Positions 27,461 to 36,891 of a stretch of 64,000 nt of DNA are shown here, piece by piece. Source of the stretch: Candidatus Omnitrophota bacterium (GTDB taxonomy: Bacteria; Omnitrophota; Gorgyraeia; Gygaellales; Profunditerraquicolaceae); assembly GCA_022710715.1 (NCBI GenBank), contig JAKLGJ010000001.1, positions 554,041 to 618,040 of the forward strand, in the 5' to 3' direction. Below the pieces are notes generated by a model. The model was given only the letters and a program-made list of their open reading frames with translations. It was not told the DNA's origin and did not search any database. The translations under genes and the position numbers were made by a program. The first letter of the stretch is position 1; every line of letters begins with the position of its first letter.

Positions 27461-28546
27461 TTATTGTTTGAGTTTCCCGATGATGGCGTCGGCCATCTCT
27501 TTTGTGCCTGCCGCAGACGGATCGTTCCGGTCGGCTTTGAGGTCATAGGTGACATCCGTGCCTTCCTTGAGCACTGCCTGGACCGCCTGTTCCAGCCGCA
27601 GGGCCGCTTTTTCTTCTCCCAGATACCGCAGCATGAGCATCCCGGAAAGGATCATTGCGGTGGGATTGACTTTATTCATGCCGGCATATTTCGGCGCGGA
27701 ACCGTGCACCGCTTCAAAAACCGCCATCCCGTCGCCGATATTGGCGCCTGGAGCCACTCCCAGCCCTCCGACCAGGCCGGCGCACAGGTCCGAAAGGATA
27801 TCGCCGTAAAGGTTAGGCAGTACCAGAACGTCGAACTGATGAGGACGTTGCACCAGCTGCATGGCGGTATTGTCCACCAGGGCTTCTTCGAAAGCGATCC
27901 TGCCCGCGTAGTTTGCGGCAACTTCCCGGCAGACCTTCAGGAACAGTCCGTCGGTGAATTTCATGATGTTGGCCTTAGTTATCGCCGTGACCTTTTTGCG
28001 GTTATTGCGCAGGGCGTACTCGAAAGCGTAGGTAACGATGCGTTGCGTGGCATAGCGGGAAATAGGCTTGATGGAGATGCCGGAATCCTCGCGGATATGC
28101 TTTTTTGACGTTTTGTTTATTTGCGCGATAAGCGCGGCGGTGTCGGGTTTGCCTTGTTCGAATTCGATCCCGGCATAGAGGTCTTCGCTGTTTTCCCTCA
28201 CGACTACCAGGTCGATATCCTTATACCTGCTTTTGACTCCGGCGTACGTTTTGGCCGGCCGCACGCAGGCGTAGAGGTCCAGAGCATGCCGGATGGCTAC
28301 GTTGACCGAACGGAAACCCGTTCCGATCGGCGTCGTCATCGGTCCTTTGAGGGCGACTTTGTTCTTTTTGACCGAATCGATCACGCTCGCGGGAAGTAAC
28401 TCGCCGAATTTTTCCAGAGCGGTTGAGCCGGCGATCGCTTCTTCCCAGCGGATCTGCACGCCGGTGGCTTCAACGCAACGCCTCGCTGCGTCGCTGACTT
28501 CCGGGCCGATTCCGTCGCCGGGAATCAAGGTAACAGTGTGTGCCAT
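27461..28546 (-). CDS. NAD-dependent isocitrate / homoisocitrate dehydrogenase family enzyme (beta-decarboxylating dehydrogenase)
   Basis: 361 aa. GFRSVNVAIRHALDLYACVRP and NLYGDILSDL. Resembles the IDH3/HICDH branch rather than LeuB (LeuB has ...LFSNLRP). Exact substrate not assignable from sequence. Confidence 0.75.
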   Translation of the reverse strand: MAHTVTLIPGDGIGPEVSDAARRCVEATGVQIRWEEAIAGSTALEKFGELLPASVIDSVKKNKVALKGPMTTPIGTGFRSVNVAIRHALDLYACVRPAKTYAGVKSRYKDIDLVVVRENSEDLYAGIEFEQGKPDTAALIAQINKTSKKHIREDSGISIKPISRYATQRIVTYAFEYALRNNRKKVTAITKANIMKFTDGLFLKVCREVAANYAGRIAFEEALVDNTAMQLVQRPHQFDVLVLPNLYGDILSDLCAGLVGGLGVAPGANIGDGMAVFEAVHGSAPKYAGMNKVNPTAMILSGMLMLRYLGEEKAALRLEQAVQAVLKEGTDVTYDLKADRNDPSAAGTKEMADAIIGKLKQ

Positions 28547-28550
28547 AGTT

Positions 28551-29051
28551 CTAAACTTTTAATTCGCCGTGTTTTTTGATGTAATTGACGACCCCGCCGT
28601 CCTTGAGGAATTCCTGCATTACCGGAGGCAGGGGTTTGATGGAAAGTTCGATCCCTTTGGTCCTGTTCTTGACCACCCCGTGGTCGAGGTCAAGTTCCAG
28701 TTCATCCCGGTCGTCGATTTTGGAAGTATCCGTTTCGATAAGGAGCAGCCCGATATTGAAAGCGTTGCGGAAGAATATCCTCGCGAACGACTGTGCCAGG
28801 ACCGCGATGATGCCGGCGCCTTTGATGACCAGCGGCGCCTGTTCGCGCGACGACCCCATGCCGAAATTCTTCCCAGCGACGAGAATTGACTCGCCCGGCG
28901 TGATTTTTTTGTGAAAGTCGGGATCGATATCCTCCATGATGTGCTTGGCCAGCTCATTGATATCGGTAATGGAGAATTTGTAGCGGCCGGAAATGATGAA
29001 ATCGGTATTGATATTGTCGCCGATCTTTATGCTGTTGCCCGTGAGTTTCAC
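28551..29051 (-). CDS. aconitase-superfamily small subunit (LeuD / homoaconitase small subunit, archaeal-type)
   Basis: 166 aa, MKLTGNSIKIGDNINTDFII...GKNFGMGSSREQAP. Confidence 0.8.
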   Translation of the reverse strand: MKLTGNSIKIGDNINTDFIISGRYKFSITDINELAKHIMEDIDPDFHKKITPGESILVAGKNFGMGSSREQAPLVIKGAGIIAVLAQSFARIFFRNAFNIGLLLIETDTSKIDDRDELELDLDHGVVKNRTKGIELSIKPLPPVMQEFLKDGGVVNYIKKHGELKV

Positions 29052-29077
29052 CGCGGCGGTTCCTTTCTCTAACGCTT

Positions 29078-30124
29078 TTACAACTGTTTGAATTCTTCCA
29101 CGTTCTTAGCCTTGGACATGGCCACTTCCAGCGTGATCAATCCCTTATTATATAATTCTTTGAGCGTCTTATCCATGGTCTTCATCCCGTACTGGCTGCC
29201 GGTTTGCATGATCGTGGGGATCTGCTCGATTTCCTGCTCGCGGACAAGGTTGCGGATGGCCGGCGTGGCGACCAGGGTTTCGGTGACCAGACAGCGGCCG
29301 GTTCCCGACTGATGCGGGACCAGGAGTTGCGATACGATGCCCTGCAAACAGTCTGCCAGCTGCAGGCGGACCTGCTGCTGTTGATGAGGCGGAAAAACGT
29401 CGATGATTCTCTCGATGGTCTGCGGCGCATCCGGAGTATGCAGCGTGGCCAGTACGAGATGGCCGGTTTCCGCTGCGGTCAGCGTGGTTGAAATGGTTTC
29501 CAGATCGCGCATTTCCCCTACGATAATGACGTTGGGATCCTGGCGCAGGCAGTGGCGCAGCGCTTCGGAGAATGAATGCGTATCCGCATAGACCTCGCGT
29601 TGCTTGACAATGGCTTTCTTGTTGGTATAAATGAATTCTATAGGGTCTTCGATAGTGATGATCAATCCTTCGCGCTCCTGGTTGATCAGGTTCACTACCG
29701 CGGCCATGGTAGTCGATTTACCCACGCCGGTAGGGCCGGTGATCAGCACCAGACCGTTCGGCCTGCGGGCCAGCTCCATGACTACCGGAGGCAGCCCCAG
29801 GGATTCGATGTCGGGAATTTCGAGCGGGATGCGCCGGAAAGCCCCTTCAACCGATCCTTTCTGCTGATGCAGATTGACGCGGAAGCGGTCCAGGCAGGGC
29901 AAGGCCAGGGAAAAGTCGAGCTCCAGGTCGCGTTCGAACATTTCTTTTTGCGTGTCGGTCAACACGCTGTAAATCATCTTCTTAAGCACATCGCGGGTCA
30001 ACTTGGCCAGGTCGGTGCGCAGCAGGCGGCCGTCGATACGCAACAACGGCGGTTCGTTCTCGGTGAGATGCAGGTCGGACGCTCTTTTCTTGACGCAGAG
30101 TATCAATAGCTCATTAATATCCAT
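29078..30124 (-). CDS. pilT: type IV pilus retraction ATPase PilT
   Basis: 348 aa. Walker A GPTGVGKST, Asp box, Walker B, His box. PilT-specific AIRNLVRE near the C-terminus. Confidence 0.85.
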   Translation of the reverse strand: MDINELLILCVKKRASDLHLTENEPPLLRIDGRLLRTDLAKLTRDVLKKMIYSVLTDTQKEMFERDLELDFSLALPCLDRFRVNLHQQKGSVEGAFRRIPLEIPDIESLGLPPVVMELARRPNGLVLITGPTGVGKSTTMAAVVNLINQEREGLIITIEDPIEFIYTNKKAIVKQREVYADTHSFSEALRHCLRQDPNVIIVGEMRDLETISTTLTAAETGHLVLATLHTPDAPQTIERIIDVFPPHQQQQVRLQLADCLQGIVSQLLVPHQSGTGRCLVTETLVATPAIRNLVREQEIEQIPTIMQTGSQYGMKTMDKTLKELYNKGLITLEVAMSKAKNVEEFKQL

Positions 30125-30134
30125 GCTGCCTCCC

Positions 30135-31391
30135 TTATCCTAGAAACTTTGTAGGGTCGGTGATCTTTCCGGTGATCGCTGATGCTGCCACTGTTGCCGG
30201 TGAAGCCAGATAGATGAACGCGCTGGGATTTCCCATCCTGCCTTTGAAATTCCGGTTTGCCGTGGAGATGACCACTTCCCCGTCCGAAGGAACGCCGTTA
30301 TGCGTTCCCACGCAGGGGCCGCAACCCGGGACCACAACCGCGGCGCCGCTCTTGACGAACGTATCGATATAGCCCAGGCGCAACGCTTCAAGATAGATTG
30401 CCCGGGAAGCCGCAGCGACGATACAGCGCACGTTGGCGGCTACTTTTCTGTTCTTGAGCACCGCAGCCGCGACCTTCAGATCGGCGAGCCGCCCGTTGGT
30501 GCAGGTGCCGATAAAAGCTTCGTTTATCGTTACTGCTTTAACGTCGTCCGCATCCGAGACCGTATCCACATTATGAGGGACAGCGACCTGGGGTTTTAGT
30601 TTAGAGACGTCGAACTCCAGGACGTCCTGGTACACTGCGTCTTTGTCGGCGCAGACCGTAACGATCTTCTTGTTCGACGGAATATGCTGTTTGAACCAGG
30701 CCAGGGTTTTAGCGTCCTGCGGCATGAATCCCGCCTTGGCGCCCATCTCCACCACCATATTGCACATGGTCATCCTGCCGTCAATGTCCATGGCGTCGAT
30801 TACCGGTCCGCAAAACTCTATTGCTTTATAGGTGGCGCCGTTAGCGCCCACTTTTCCGATGATGTGCAGAATGATATCCTTGGCGTAAATGCCTTTCGGC
30901 AGTTTACCTTTGACCACTATCTTGATCGTTTCGGGAACCTTGAACCAGTTCTTCCCGGTAGTCAGCGCCACTGCGAGGTCCGTCGAGCCCACGCCGGTCG
31001 AAAATACGCCCAGCGCGCCGTAGGTGCAGGTGTGCGAATCCGCCCCCAGAACCAGGTTGCCCGGGAGAATCGCTCCGGATTCAGGAATTACCTGATGGCA
31101 TACGCCGCAGCCGATGTCGAACAACCCGACGTTATATTCCTGGCTGAACTGGCGCATCTTTTTGTGCACGCGCGAGACGCCCTCGTTGGGCGAAGGCGCG
31201 CTGTGGTCGATGACCATGCAGAATGCAGCGTTGAGCTTTTTGGCGCCGAGCTCTTTGACCCGGTCTATGATTATGGACGAGGTGCCGTCCTGCCCGAAGG
31301 TAAAATCAACGGCGCAAATGGCGAATTCGCCGGCACTGACCGGTTTTCCGGCGTGAGCGCTCAAAATTTTTTCGGCAATTGTTTTTCCCAT
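30135..31391 (-). CDS. aconitase-superfamily large subunit (LeuC / homoaconitase large subunit, archaeal-type)
   Basis: 418 aa. MGKTIAEKILSAHAGK..., Fe-S Cys ligands (...CGPCVG...), short archaeal-type length. Confidence 0.85.
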   Translation of the reverse strand: MGKTIAEKILSAHAGKPVSAGEFAICAVDFTFGQDGTSSIIIDRVKELGAKKLNAAFCMVIDHSAPSPNEGVSRVHKKMRQFSQEYNVGLFDIGCGVCHQVIPESGAILPGNLVLGADSHTCTYGALGVFSTGVGSTDLAVALTTGKNWFKVPETIKIVVKGKLPKGIYAKDIILHIIGKVGANGATYKAIEFCGPVIDAMDIDGRMTMCNMVVEMGAKAGFMPQDAKTLAWFKQHIPSNKKIVTVCADKDAVYQDVLEFDVSKLKPQVAVPHNVDTVSDADDVKAVTINEAFIGTCTNGRLADLKVAAAVLKNRKVAANVRCIVAAASRAIYLEALRLGYIDTFVKSGAAVVVPGCGPCVGTHNGVPSDGEVVISTANRNFKGRMGNPSAFIYLASPATVAASAITGKITDPTKFLG

Positions 31392-31397
31392 GGGAAT

Positions 31398-32573
31398 TTA
31401 CAGTTTTTTAAGGAACTCGTCCAACCGGTTCATGCCTTTTTCGATCTGCTGCATGCCGGTGGCGAAACTGATGCGGATGCAGGTATCGGCGCCGAATGAC
31501 TGGCCCGGGATGACCGCGACCAGCATTTCGTCGAGCAGGCGCTGCGCGAACGTAAACGAATCAAGTTTGGTTTTGGCGATGGAACAGAAAATATAAAAAG
31601 CTCCCTGCGGCTTCACGTAGGAGATCTTTTTCATTTTGTCCAGTCGGGAGGCGATGTAATTCCTGCGTTTTTCGAATTCAGCGCACATCGTCTGCGAGAA
31701 CGCGTCCGGCATCTGCAGAGCAGCCAGCGCGGCTTTTTGAGCGATCGAAGTGGGGTTCGAGGTGGAATGATCCTGAAGTTTCCCGATCGCCTCAACGATG
31801 TCAGCCGGTCCGCCGAGGTACCCGATACGCCAGCCGGTCATGGAATGGCTCTTGGAAAGGCCGTTGACGGTAATGGTCAGATCGTAGATCTCTTTACCCA
31901 GCGAGCCGATGGAGACGTGTTTTTGACCGTCGAATATGATCTTCTCGTAAATCTCGTCGCTGACCACGAATATCTTTTGACTGACGCAGATCGCCGCGAT
32001 AGCCTGCAGCTCCTCTTTGCTGTAAACGCAGCCGGTAGGATTGGACGGGCTGTTGAGGATCAGCAGTTTGGTTTTGGCATGGATATGCCTTTCCAGTTCG
32101 GCGGGAGTGATCTTGAAATTGTTCTCGGGGGTCGTCTTGATGAATTTTACCCCGGCCTCGCACAGATGGGCCATTTCCGGGTAGCTGACCCAGAAAGGCG
32201 CGGGGATGATCGCTTCCTCGGAACGGTTGAGCAGCACGAACAGGGTATTGAAGATGCTGTGTTTTGCCCCGCAGGAAACCACGATCTGCGACGTCTCGTA
32301 CGCCAGGCCGTTATCCCTCTTGAATTTCTCGGCAATGGCCTTCTTGAGGTCGGGTATACCTGTGGTGGGAGTATATTTGGTAAAACCCGAGTGAATCGCG
32401 GCTATAGCGGCTTCTTTTACGACATCCGGCGTATCGACATCCGGCTCGCCGGCGGCAAAACTGACCACATCTTTCCCCTCGGCTTTAAGCTTATTTGCCT
32501 TGGAGGTGATGGCCAGAGTCGCTGAAGGATTGATTTTTTTGATACGTTCAGAAAGCCTGGTATCTATACGCAT
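31398..32573 (-). CDS. PLP-dependent class I aminotransferase (aspartate / alpha-aminoadipate aminotransferase-like)
   Basis: 391 aa after moving the start to MRIDTRLSERIKKI (ATG at 32573). The upstream 100 aa of the track ORF overlap rplQ. PLP-Lys context ...NGLSKSHSMTGWRIGY. Confidence 0.8.
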   Translation of the reverse strand: MRIDTRLSERIKKINPSATLAITSKANKLKAEGKDVVSFAAGEPDVDTPDVVKEAAIAAIHSGFTKYTPTTGIPDLKKAIAEKFKRDNGLAYETSQIVVSCGAKHSIFNTLFVLLNRSEEAIIPAPFWVSYPEMAHLCEAGVKFIKTTPENNFKITPAELERHIHAKTKLLILNSPSNPTGCVYSKEELQAIAAICVSQKIFVVSDEIYEKIIFDGQKHVSIGSLGKEIYDLTITVNGLSKSHSMTGWRIGYLGGPADIVEAIGKLQDHSTSNPTSIAQKAALAALQMPDAFSQTMCAEFEKRRNYIASRLDKMKKISYVKPQGAFYIFCSIAKTKLDSFTFAQRLLDEMLVAVIPGQSFGADTCIRISFATGMQQIEKGMNRLDEFLKKL

Positions 32574-32578
32574 CGGCG

Positions 32579-33151
32579 TTAGAGCGAATCCCGTTCTTTC
32601 TTGAAGATGTTCCGTATTCCGCCCAGGAATTTCTTTGAAGGTTTCTTGGGCGCATCTTTGGTCTTCTCGGTTTTCTGCGGATGCTTTTCCTCGGCAGCGG
32701 GTTTCTCCGTCGCGGGAGGTTGAGTAGCCGACGGTTCTTTTCCTTCTTTGATTTCTTTGGCTTCTTTGACCTGCTTGACCTTCTTTTCCTTTTTCTTGAG
32801 CTCGGTGAGCTGCAAGAGCACCATTTCCGCGTTGTCGCCGCGCCGTTTGCCGACCTTGAGAATTCTGGTGCATCCGCTCGGAACGTTCTTGAAACGCGGG
32901 CAGATTTCAGCGAACAGCCGGTTCACCAGCGCATGGTCCTGGAGCAGATCGAACGCGCGACGTTTATGCGTGAGCGAATCTTCCTTGCCTAACGTAATCA
33001 GCTTCTCCACCAGCGGCTGTATCGCCTTTGCCCGGATCTCCGTCGTCTTGATGCTTTCATAGGTCAAGAGATTGCGCACGAGGCTTTTAACGGTGGCTTC
33101 CCGCCAGCTGGTGAATCTGTTGAGTTGATATTTTGTCTTACCGTGTCTCAT
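32579..33151 (-). CDS. rplQ: 50S ribosomal protein bL17 with a ~65-aa Lys/Glu-rich C-terminal extension
   Basis: MRHGKTKYQLNRFTSWREATVKSL...; core ~125 aa plus a KKEKKVKQVKEAKEIKEGKE... tail. Confidence 0.9.
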   Translation of the reverse strand: MRHGKTKYQLNRFTSWREATVKSLVRNLLTYESIKTTEIRAKAIQPLVEKLITLGKEDSLTHKRRAFDLLQDHALVNRLFAEICPRFKNVPSGCTRILKVGKRRGDNAEMVLLQLTELKKKEKKVKQVKEAKEIKEGKEPSATQPPATEKPAAEEKHPQKTEKTKDAPKKPSKKFLGGIRNIFKKERDSL

Positions 33152-33163
33152 CTGTAGTCACCT

Positions 33164-34153
33164 TTATGATTTCTTGAGTTTCTTCGGATCGATCTGCATG
33201 CCCAGGTTCAACCCCATGCCGACAAGCAGTTGTTTGATTTCACTTAAGGACTTCTTGCCGAAATTCTTGAAGCTCAACATTTCCTCTTCGCTTTTCCGTA
33301 CCAGATCGGCGATAGTCTTGATATTGGCTTCACGCAGACAGTTCGAACTGCGCACTGAAAGCTCGAGTTCGGAAATCGGCAGGCGAAGTTTCTCGTAAAG
33401 AACCGCCTCTTCCTGGGTCATTTCCGGTTCCTGCTCTTCTTCTTCCGGCAGCTGCCCGAAATTGACGAAGATATCCAGATGGCGCTGCAGGATGTTGGAA
33501 GCGTACAGGAGCGCGTCTTTGGGGGAAATGGACCCGTTGGTCCAGATCTCCAGGATCAGCTTATCGTAATCGGTACGCTGTCCGACGCGGGTGTTCTCGA
33601 CGTAAAAGTTGATCTTCTTGACCGGGCCGAAGATCGCGTCGATGGGAATGGTGCCGATGGCATGGTCCTCTTTCTTGTTGAGATCCTGCGGAACGTAGCC
33701 TCTGCCCCGTGAAACCTCCATTTCCATCGAGAACTTCGTTTCCTTGGTCAGGGTGCAGATGTGCAGGTCAGGATTGACCACTTCGATCGTCTCATCGGTT
33801 TCGATATCCTTGGCTTTGATCTCGCCCTTGGTGTTCTTTTTGATGGTGATGGTCTTGGGCACCTTGGAATGCGAGCGCAGGATGAGATTCTTCACATTGA
33901 GTATGATTTCGGTCACATCCTCGAGAACGCCCGGGATAGCGGTGAACTCGTGCTGCGCATTGGAGAATTTGATCGAGGTGACCGCGCTGCCTTCGATCGA
34001 TGAAAGCAGGACCCTGCGCAATGAATTGCCCAGCGTGATCCCGTAACCGCGTTCGAACGGCGCAGCGGCGAATTTTCCGTACGTATTGGTATAGCTCGCC
34101 TCATCGCATTCTAATTTTTTAGGTAGTTGAAAATCTCTCCATTTTACTCCCAT
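33164..34153 (-). CDS. rpoA: DNA-directed RNA polymerase subunit alpha
   Basis: Start moved to MGVKWRDFQLP (ATG at 34153, RBS AAGGAGG). ...FERGYGITLGNSLRRVLLSSIEG, alpha-CTD at the end. Confidence 0.9.
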   Translation of the reverse strand: MGVKWRDFQLPKKLECDEASYTNTYGKFAAAPFERGYGITLGNSLRRVLLSSIEGSAVTSIKFSNAQHEFTAIPGVLEDVTEIILNVKNLILRSHSKVPKTITIKKNTKGEIKAKDIETDETIEVVNPDLHICTLTKETKFSMEMEVSRGRGYVPQDLNKKEDHAIGTIPIDAIFGPVKKINFYVENTRVGQRTDYDKLILEIWTNGSISPKDALLYASNILQRHLDIFVNFGQLPEEEEQEPEMTQEEAVLYEKLRLPISELELSVRSSNCLREANIKTIADLVRKSEEEMLSFKNFGKKSLSEIKQLLVGMGLNLGMQIDPKKLKKS

Positions 34154-34196
34154 CGACTGCCTCCTTAAAGACCCGCCCTCTGGGCGGGGATTTAAT

Positions 34197-34292
34197 CCCG
34201 ACATCTTTGATTTGCCGGAGGCAAATCAGTCGGGATAAAACATCCTGTAGAGCGCCGACATTTTTGATTTGCCGAAGACAAATCAGTCGGGG
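34197..34292 (-). repeat. two tandem ~38-nt hairpin-forming direct repeats plus a third GC hairpin in the rpsD-rpoA intergenic region
   Basis: Copies CCCGACAUCUUUGAUUUGCCGGAGGCAAAUCAGUCGGG (34197-34234) and CCGACAUUUUUGAUUUGCCGAAGACAAAUCAGUCGGGG (34255-34292). Each has inner stem GAUUUGCC/GGCAAAUC with a UUCG or UCCG loop. The third hairpin CCCGCCC/GGGCGGG lies at 34173-34189 just before the rpoA RBS. Confidence 0.5.
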
Positions 34293-34308
34293 TTTATCTC
34301 CATTACAT

Positions 34309-34941
34309 TTACTTCGAATACAATTCGACGATCAATTGTTCTTCGATCGTTTGCTGAATATCCGTTTTTTCCGGCAGACGCAGAACTTTGGCTTTCATTT
34401 CAGCCGAATTGAATTCCAGCCAGGTGGGCACGGTGCGATCCTTGGAAATATCCAGGTTTTCGCGCAGCCCTTTTTTGGACTTCTCTTTGGCGCGGATCTC
34501 TATAGCGTCGCCGGTTTTGATCGAGAACGACGGGATATTGACCCTGCGGCCGTTCACTGCAACGAAATTATGCCGTACCAGCTGGCGGCTTTCCGCGCGG
34601 GAAAGTCCGACACCCATCCTGAAGATAACGTTGTCCAGCCTGCGTTCGAGTAACTGCAGAAGGACTTTGCCGGTAACGCCCTTCGATTTCGAAGCGATGG
34701 CGAAATAGCGGCGAAACTGCTTTTCCATGACGCCGTAGATCCTCTTCACCTTCTGTTTTTCCCGCAACTGGACGCCGTAGTTGGAAAGCTTGATCCTCGT
34801 TTTAGTCGGGCCATGCTGTCCGGGCGCGTAATTGCGTTTGGATAACGGGCATTTATCGGTGGTACATTTCGTCCCTTTCAAAAACAGCTTATCCTGCTGT
34901 CTTCTGCATAATCTACAGACTGCTTGCGTGTATCGTGCCAT
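34309..34941 (-). CDS. rpsD: 30S ribosomal protein uS4
   Basis: MARYTQAVCRLCRRQQDKLFLKGTKC... Confidence 0.95.
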   Translation of the reverse strand: MARYTQAVCRLCRRQQDKLFLKGTKCTTDKCPLSKRNYAPGQHGPTKTRIKLSNYGVQLREKQKVKRIYGVMEKQFRRYFAIASKSKGVTGKVLLQLLERRLDNVIFRMGVGLSRAESRQLVRHNFVAVNGRRVNIPSFSIKTGDAIEIRAKEKSKKGLRENLDISKDRTVPTWLEFNSAEMKAKVLRLPEKTDIQQTIEEQLIVELYSK

Positions 34942-34964
34942 AGTGTTTTACTCCATCTCCGGGA

Positions 34965-35354
34965 TTATACTCTTCTCTTTTTCTTTGGCCTGCATCCGTT
35001 ATGCGGAATAGGCGTAATATCCTTGATCGACGTGACCGTCAGCCCGCCTGCCTGTAACGCGCGTATCGCCGATTCTCTGCCGGGGCCGGGACCTTTGACC
35101 AGAACATCGACGGATTTAAGTCCCATGTCTTTGGCTTTTTTTGCCGCATCGGTAGCGGCCATCTGCGCCGCGAACGGGGTTGATTTTCTCGAGCCGCCAT
35201 ACCCGACGATCCCCGGGGTCGACCATGCCAGGGTGTTGCCCTGCTTGTCGGAAATCGTCACGATGGTATTATTGAAGCTGGCCAGTACATGCGCGATACC
35301 AGCGGTAATACCTTTAAGGACTTTCTTTTTCTTCGGTGTCTTTTCTGTAGACAT
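34965..35354 (-). CDS. rpsK: 30S ribosomal protein uS11
   Basis: ...[22 protein letters not shown]... Confidence 0.95.
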   Translation of the reverse strand: MSTEKTPKKKKVLKGITAGIAHVLASFNNTIVTISDKQGNTLAWSTPGIVGYGGSRKSTPFAAQMAATDAAKKAKDMGLKSVDVLVKGPGPGRESAIRALQAGGLTVTSIKDITPIPHNGCRPKKKRRV

Positions 35355-35377
35355 TGACTTTTACTCCTTGCGTTTTA

Positions 35378-35758
35378 TTACTCTGCTTTCTTAACGATAG
35401 CGGAAGCGCCTTTCTTCGGGCCTTTGCGCGTGCGTGCGTTGGTGCGGGTGCGCTGACCCCGTGCCGGCAAACCTTTTTTGTGACGCATGCCGCGGTAGGT
35501 GCCGATATCCATCAGGCGTTTTATATTCTGCGAAATATCCCTGCGCAGGTCGCCCTCGACCTTATACGTGCCTTTCTGCAGCGTGGTAGTGATGTGCGAA
35601 ACTTCTTCCTCGGTCAGATCCTTGGCGCGTTTTTCCGGCGGGATACCGACATCCTTCAAGATGAGCTTGGACATATGCGGTCCAACTCCGTACAAATACG
35701 TCAGTGCGACGTCAATCCGTTTTCCCTTGGGTAAATCTACACCTAAGATTCTTGGCAC
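35378..35758 (-). CDS. rpsM: 30S ribosomal protein uS13
   Basis: [26 protein letters not shown]... Confidence 0.95.
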   Translation of the reverse strand: MPRILGVDLPKGKRIDVALTYLYGVGPHMSKLILKDVGIPPEKRAKDLTEEEVSHITTTLQKGTYKVEGDLRRDISQNIKRLMDIGTYRGMRHKKGLPARGQRTRTNARTRKGPKKGASAIVKKAE

Positions 35759-35789
35759 GTGTACTCCTCCTGATTAACTTCTTAAATGG

Positions 35790-35903
35790 TTAACCCTGTC
35801 TTTGTTTATGTTTGAGATTCTTGCAGATAACGCGTACAACCCCGCGCCGTTTGATAATCTTGCAGTTGTCGCAGATTTTTTTTACCGAAGCTTTTACTTT
35901 CAC
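35790..35903 (-). CDS. rpmJ: 50S ribosomal protein bL36 (GTG start; missing from the ORF track because <60 aa)
   Basis: Reverse complement reads GTG AAA GTA AAA GCT TCG GTA AAA AAA ATC TGC GAC AAC TGC AAG ATT ATC AAA CGG CGC GGG GTT GTA CGC GTT ATC TGC AAG AAT CTC AAA CAT AAA CAA AGA CAG GGT TAA = (M)[36 protein letters not shown]. Lies between infA and rpsM as expected. Confidence 0.85.
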   Translation of the reverse strand: MKVKASVKKICDNCKIIKRRGVVRVICKNLKHKQRQG

Positions 35904-35915
35904 GTTTTTCCTCGC

Positions 35916-36134
35916 TTATTTTACTCTGAAGGTAATACGCCCCCGCGTAAGATCGTACGGGGACAATTCCAGTTTCACTTTATCTCCGGGCAGGATGCGG
36001 ATGAAATGCATGCGCATCTTTCCCGAAACATGAGCCAGGACAAAATGTCCGTTTTCCAGCTCGACTTTAAAGACGGCGTTCGGCAACGCTTCAACTACCG
36101 TCCCTTCGGTTTCGATATGTTCTTCTTTTGGCAT
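35916..36134 (-). CDS. infA: translation initiation factor IF-1
   Basis: 72 aa, ...[18 protein letters not shown]... Confidence 0.95.
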   Translation of the reverse strand: MPKEEHIETEGTVVEALPNAVFKVELENGHFVLAHVSGKMRMHFIRILPGDKVKLELSPYDLTRGRITFRVK

Positions 36135-36136
36135 AG

Positions 36137-36883
36137 TTAGTACGCAGTAAGTAATTGCGGACCGGAGTCCGTTAAAGCCACCGTATGTTCAAAATGCGCC
36201 GAATGTTGCCTGTCCAGCGTGACCGCGGTCCATCCGTCTTCCAGAATTTCACATTCCCAGGTTCCCAGGTTGACCATGGGCTCTATCGCAAAAACCATGC
36301 CCGGTTTCAACAGCGGGCCCCGGTGCGGTTTTCCGAAATTGGGAATCTCCGGTTCTTCGTGCATAGCGCGTCCGATGCCATGACCGACGAACTGGCGGAC
36401 CACCGAAAAACCGTTTCTTTCTACGCAGCTTTGCACGGCAGCGGCGATATCGGTGAGCCGATTATCCACCTGCATCTGCCGGATACCTTCGTTCAAAGCC
36501 TGTCTGGTTATATCAATGAGCTTCTTGATTTTGGCAGAGATTTTTCCCACACCGACCGTTACTGCGGCATCGGAAAAAACCCCCTGATGAATTATTCCCG
36601 CATCCAGACTGATCAGGTCGCCTTCCAGGAGCTTGCGCTCTCCGGGAATCCCGTGCACGACAACTTCATTGACCGATGTGCAAATGGATGCCGGATAGCC
36701 GCGGTACCCTTTGAAAGCGGCCAGTACCCGTTCCGTACGCATCAATTCTTCAGCGTACTCGTTGATCTGTGCGGTGGTGATACCCGGTTTGACGTATTCC
36801 TGCAGCTTGACCATGATGCGTGCCAGTATTGCCCCTGCCTGACGCATCAGTTCCAGATCGCTCGCGTTCTTGATGGGTATCAT
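36137..36883 (-). CDS. map: type I methionine aminopeptidase
   Basis: 248 aa with metal-ligand Asp/His/Glu positions conserved. Confidence 0.9.
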   Translation of the reverse strand: MIPIKNASDLELMRQAGAILARIMVKLQEYVKPGITTAQINEYAEELMRTERVLAAFKGYRGYPASICTSVNEVVVHGIPGERKLLEGDLISLDAGIIHQGVFSDAAVTVGVGKISAKIKKLIDITRQALNEGIRQMQVDNRLTDIAAAVQSCVERNGFSVVRQFVGHGIGRAMHEEPEIPNFGKPHRGPLLKPGMVFAIEPMVNLGTWECEILEDGWTAVTLDRQHSAHFEHTVALTDSGPQLLTAY

Positions 36884-36891
36884 TGCACTGC

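Noticed and set aside
27461-28546. Calling the dehydrogenase leuB and the flanking genes leuC/leuD (a leucine operon)
   Set aside because: The dehydrogenase shows the IDH/HICDH-type S-x-N-V-A-x-R...LDLYA-x-VRP motif rather than the LeuB pattern, and mdh is adjacent. Gene symbols were therefore left blank rather than asserting leucine biosynthesis.
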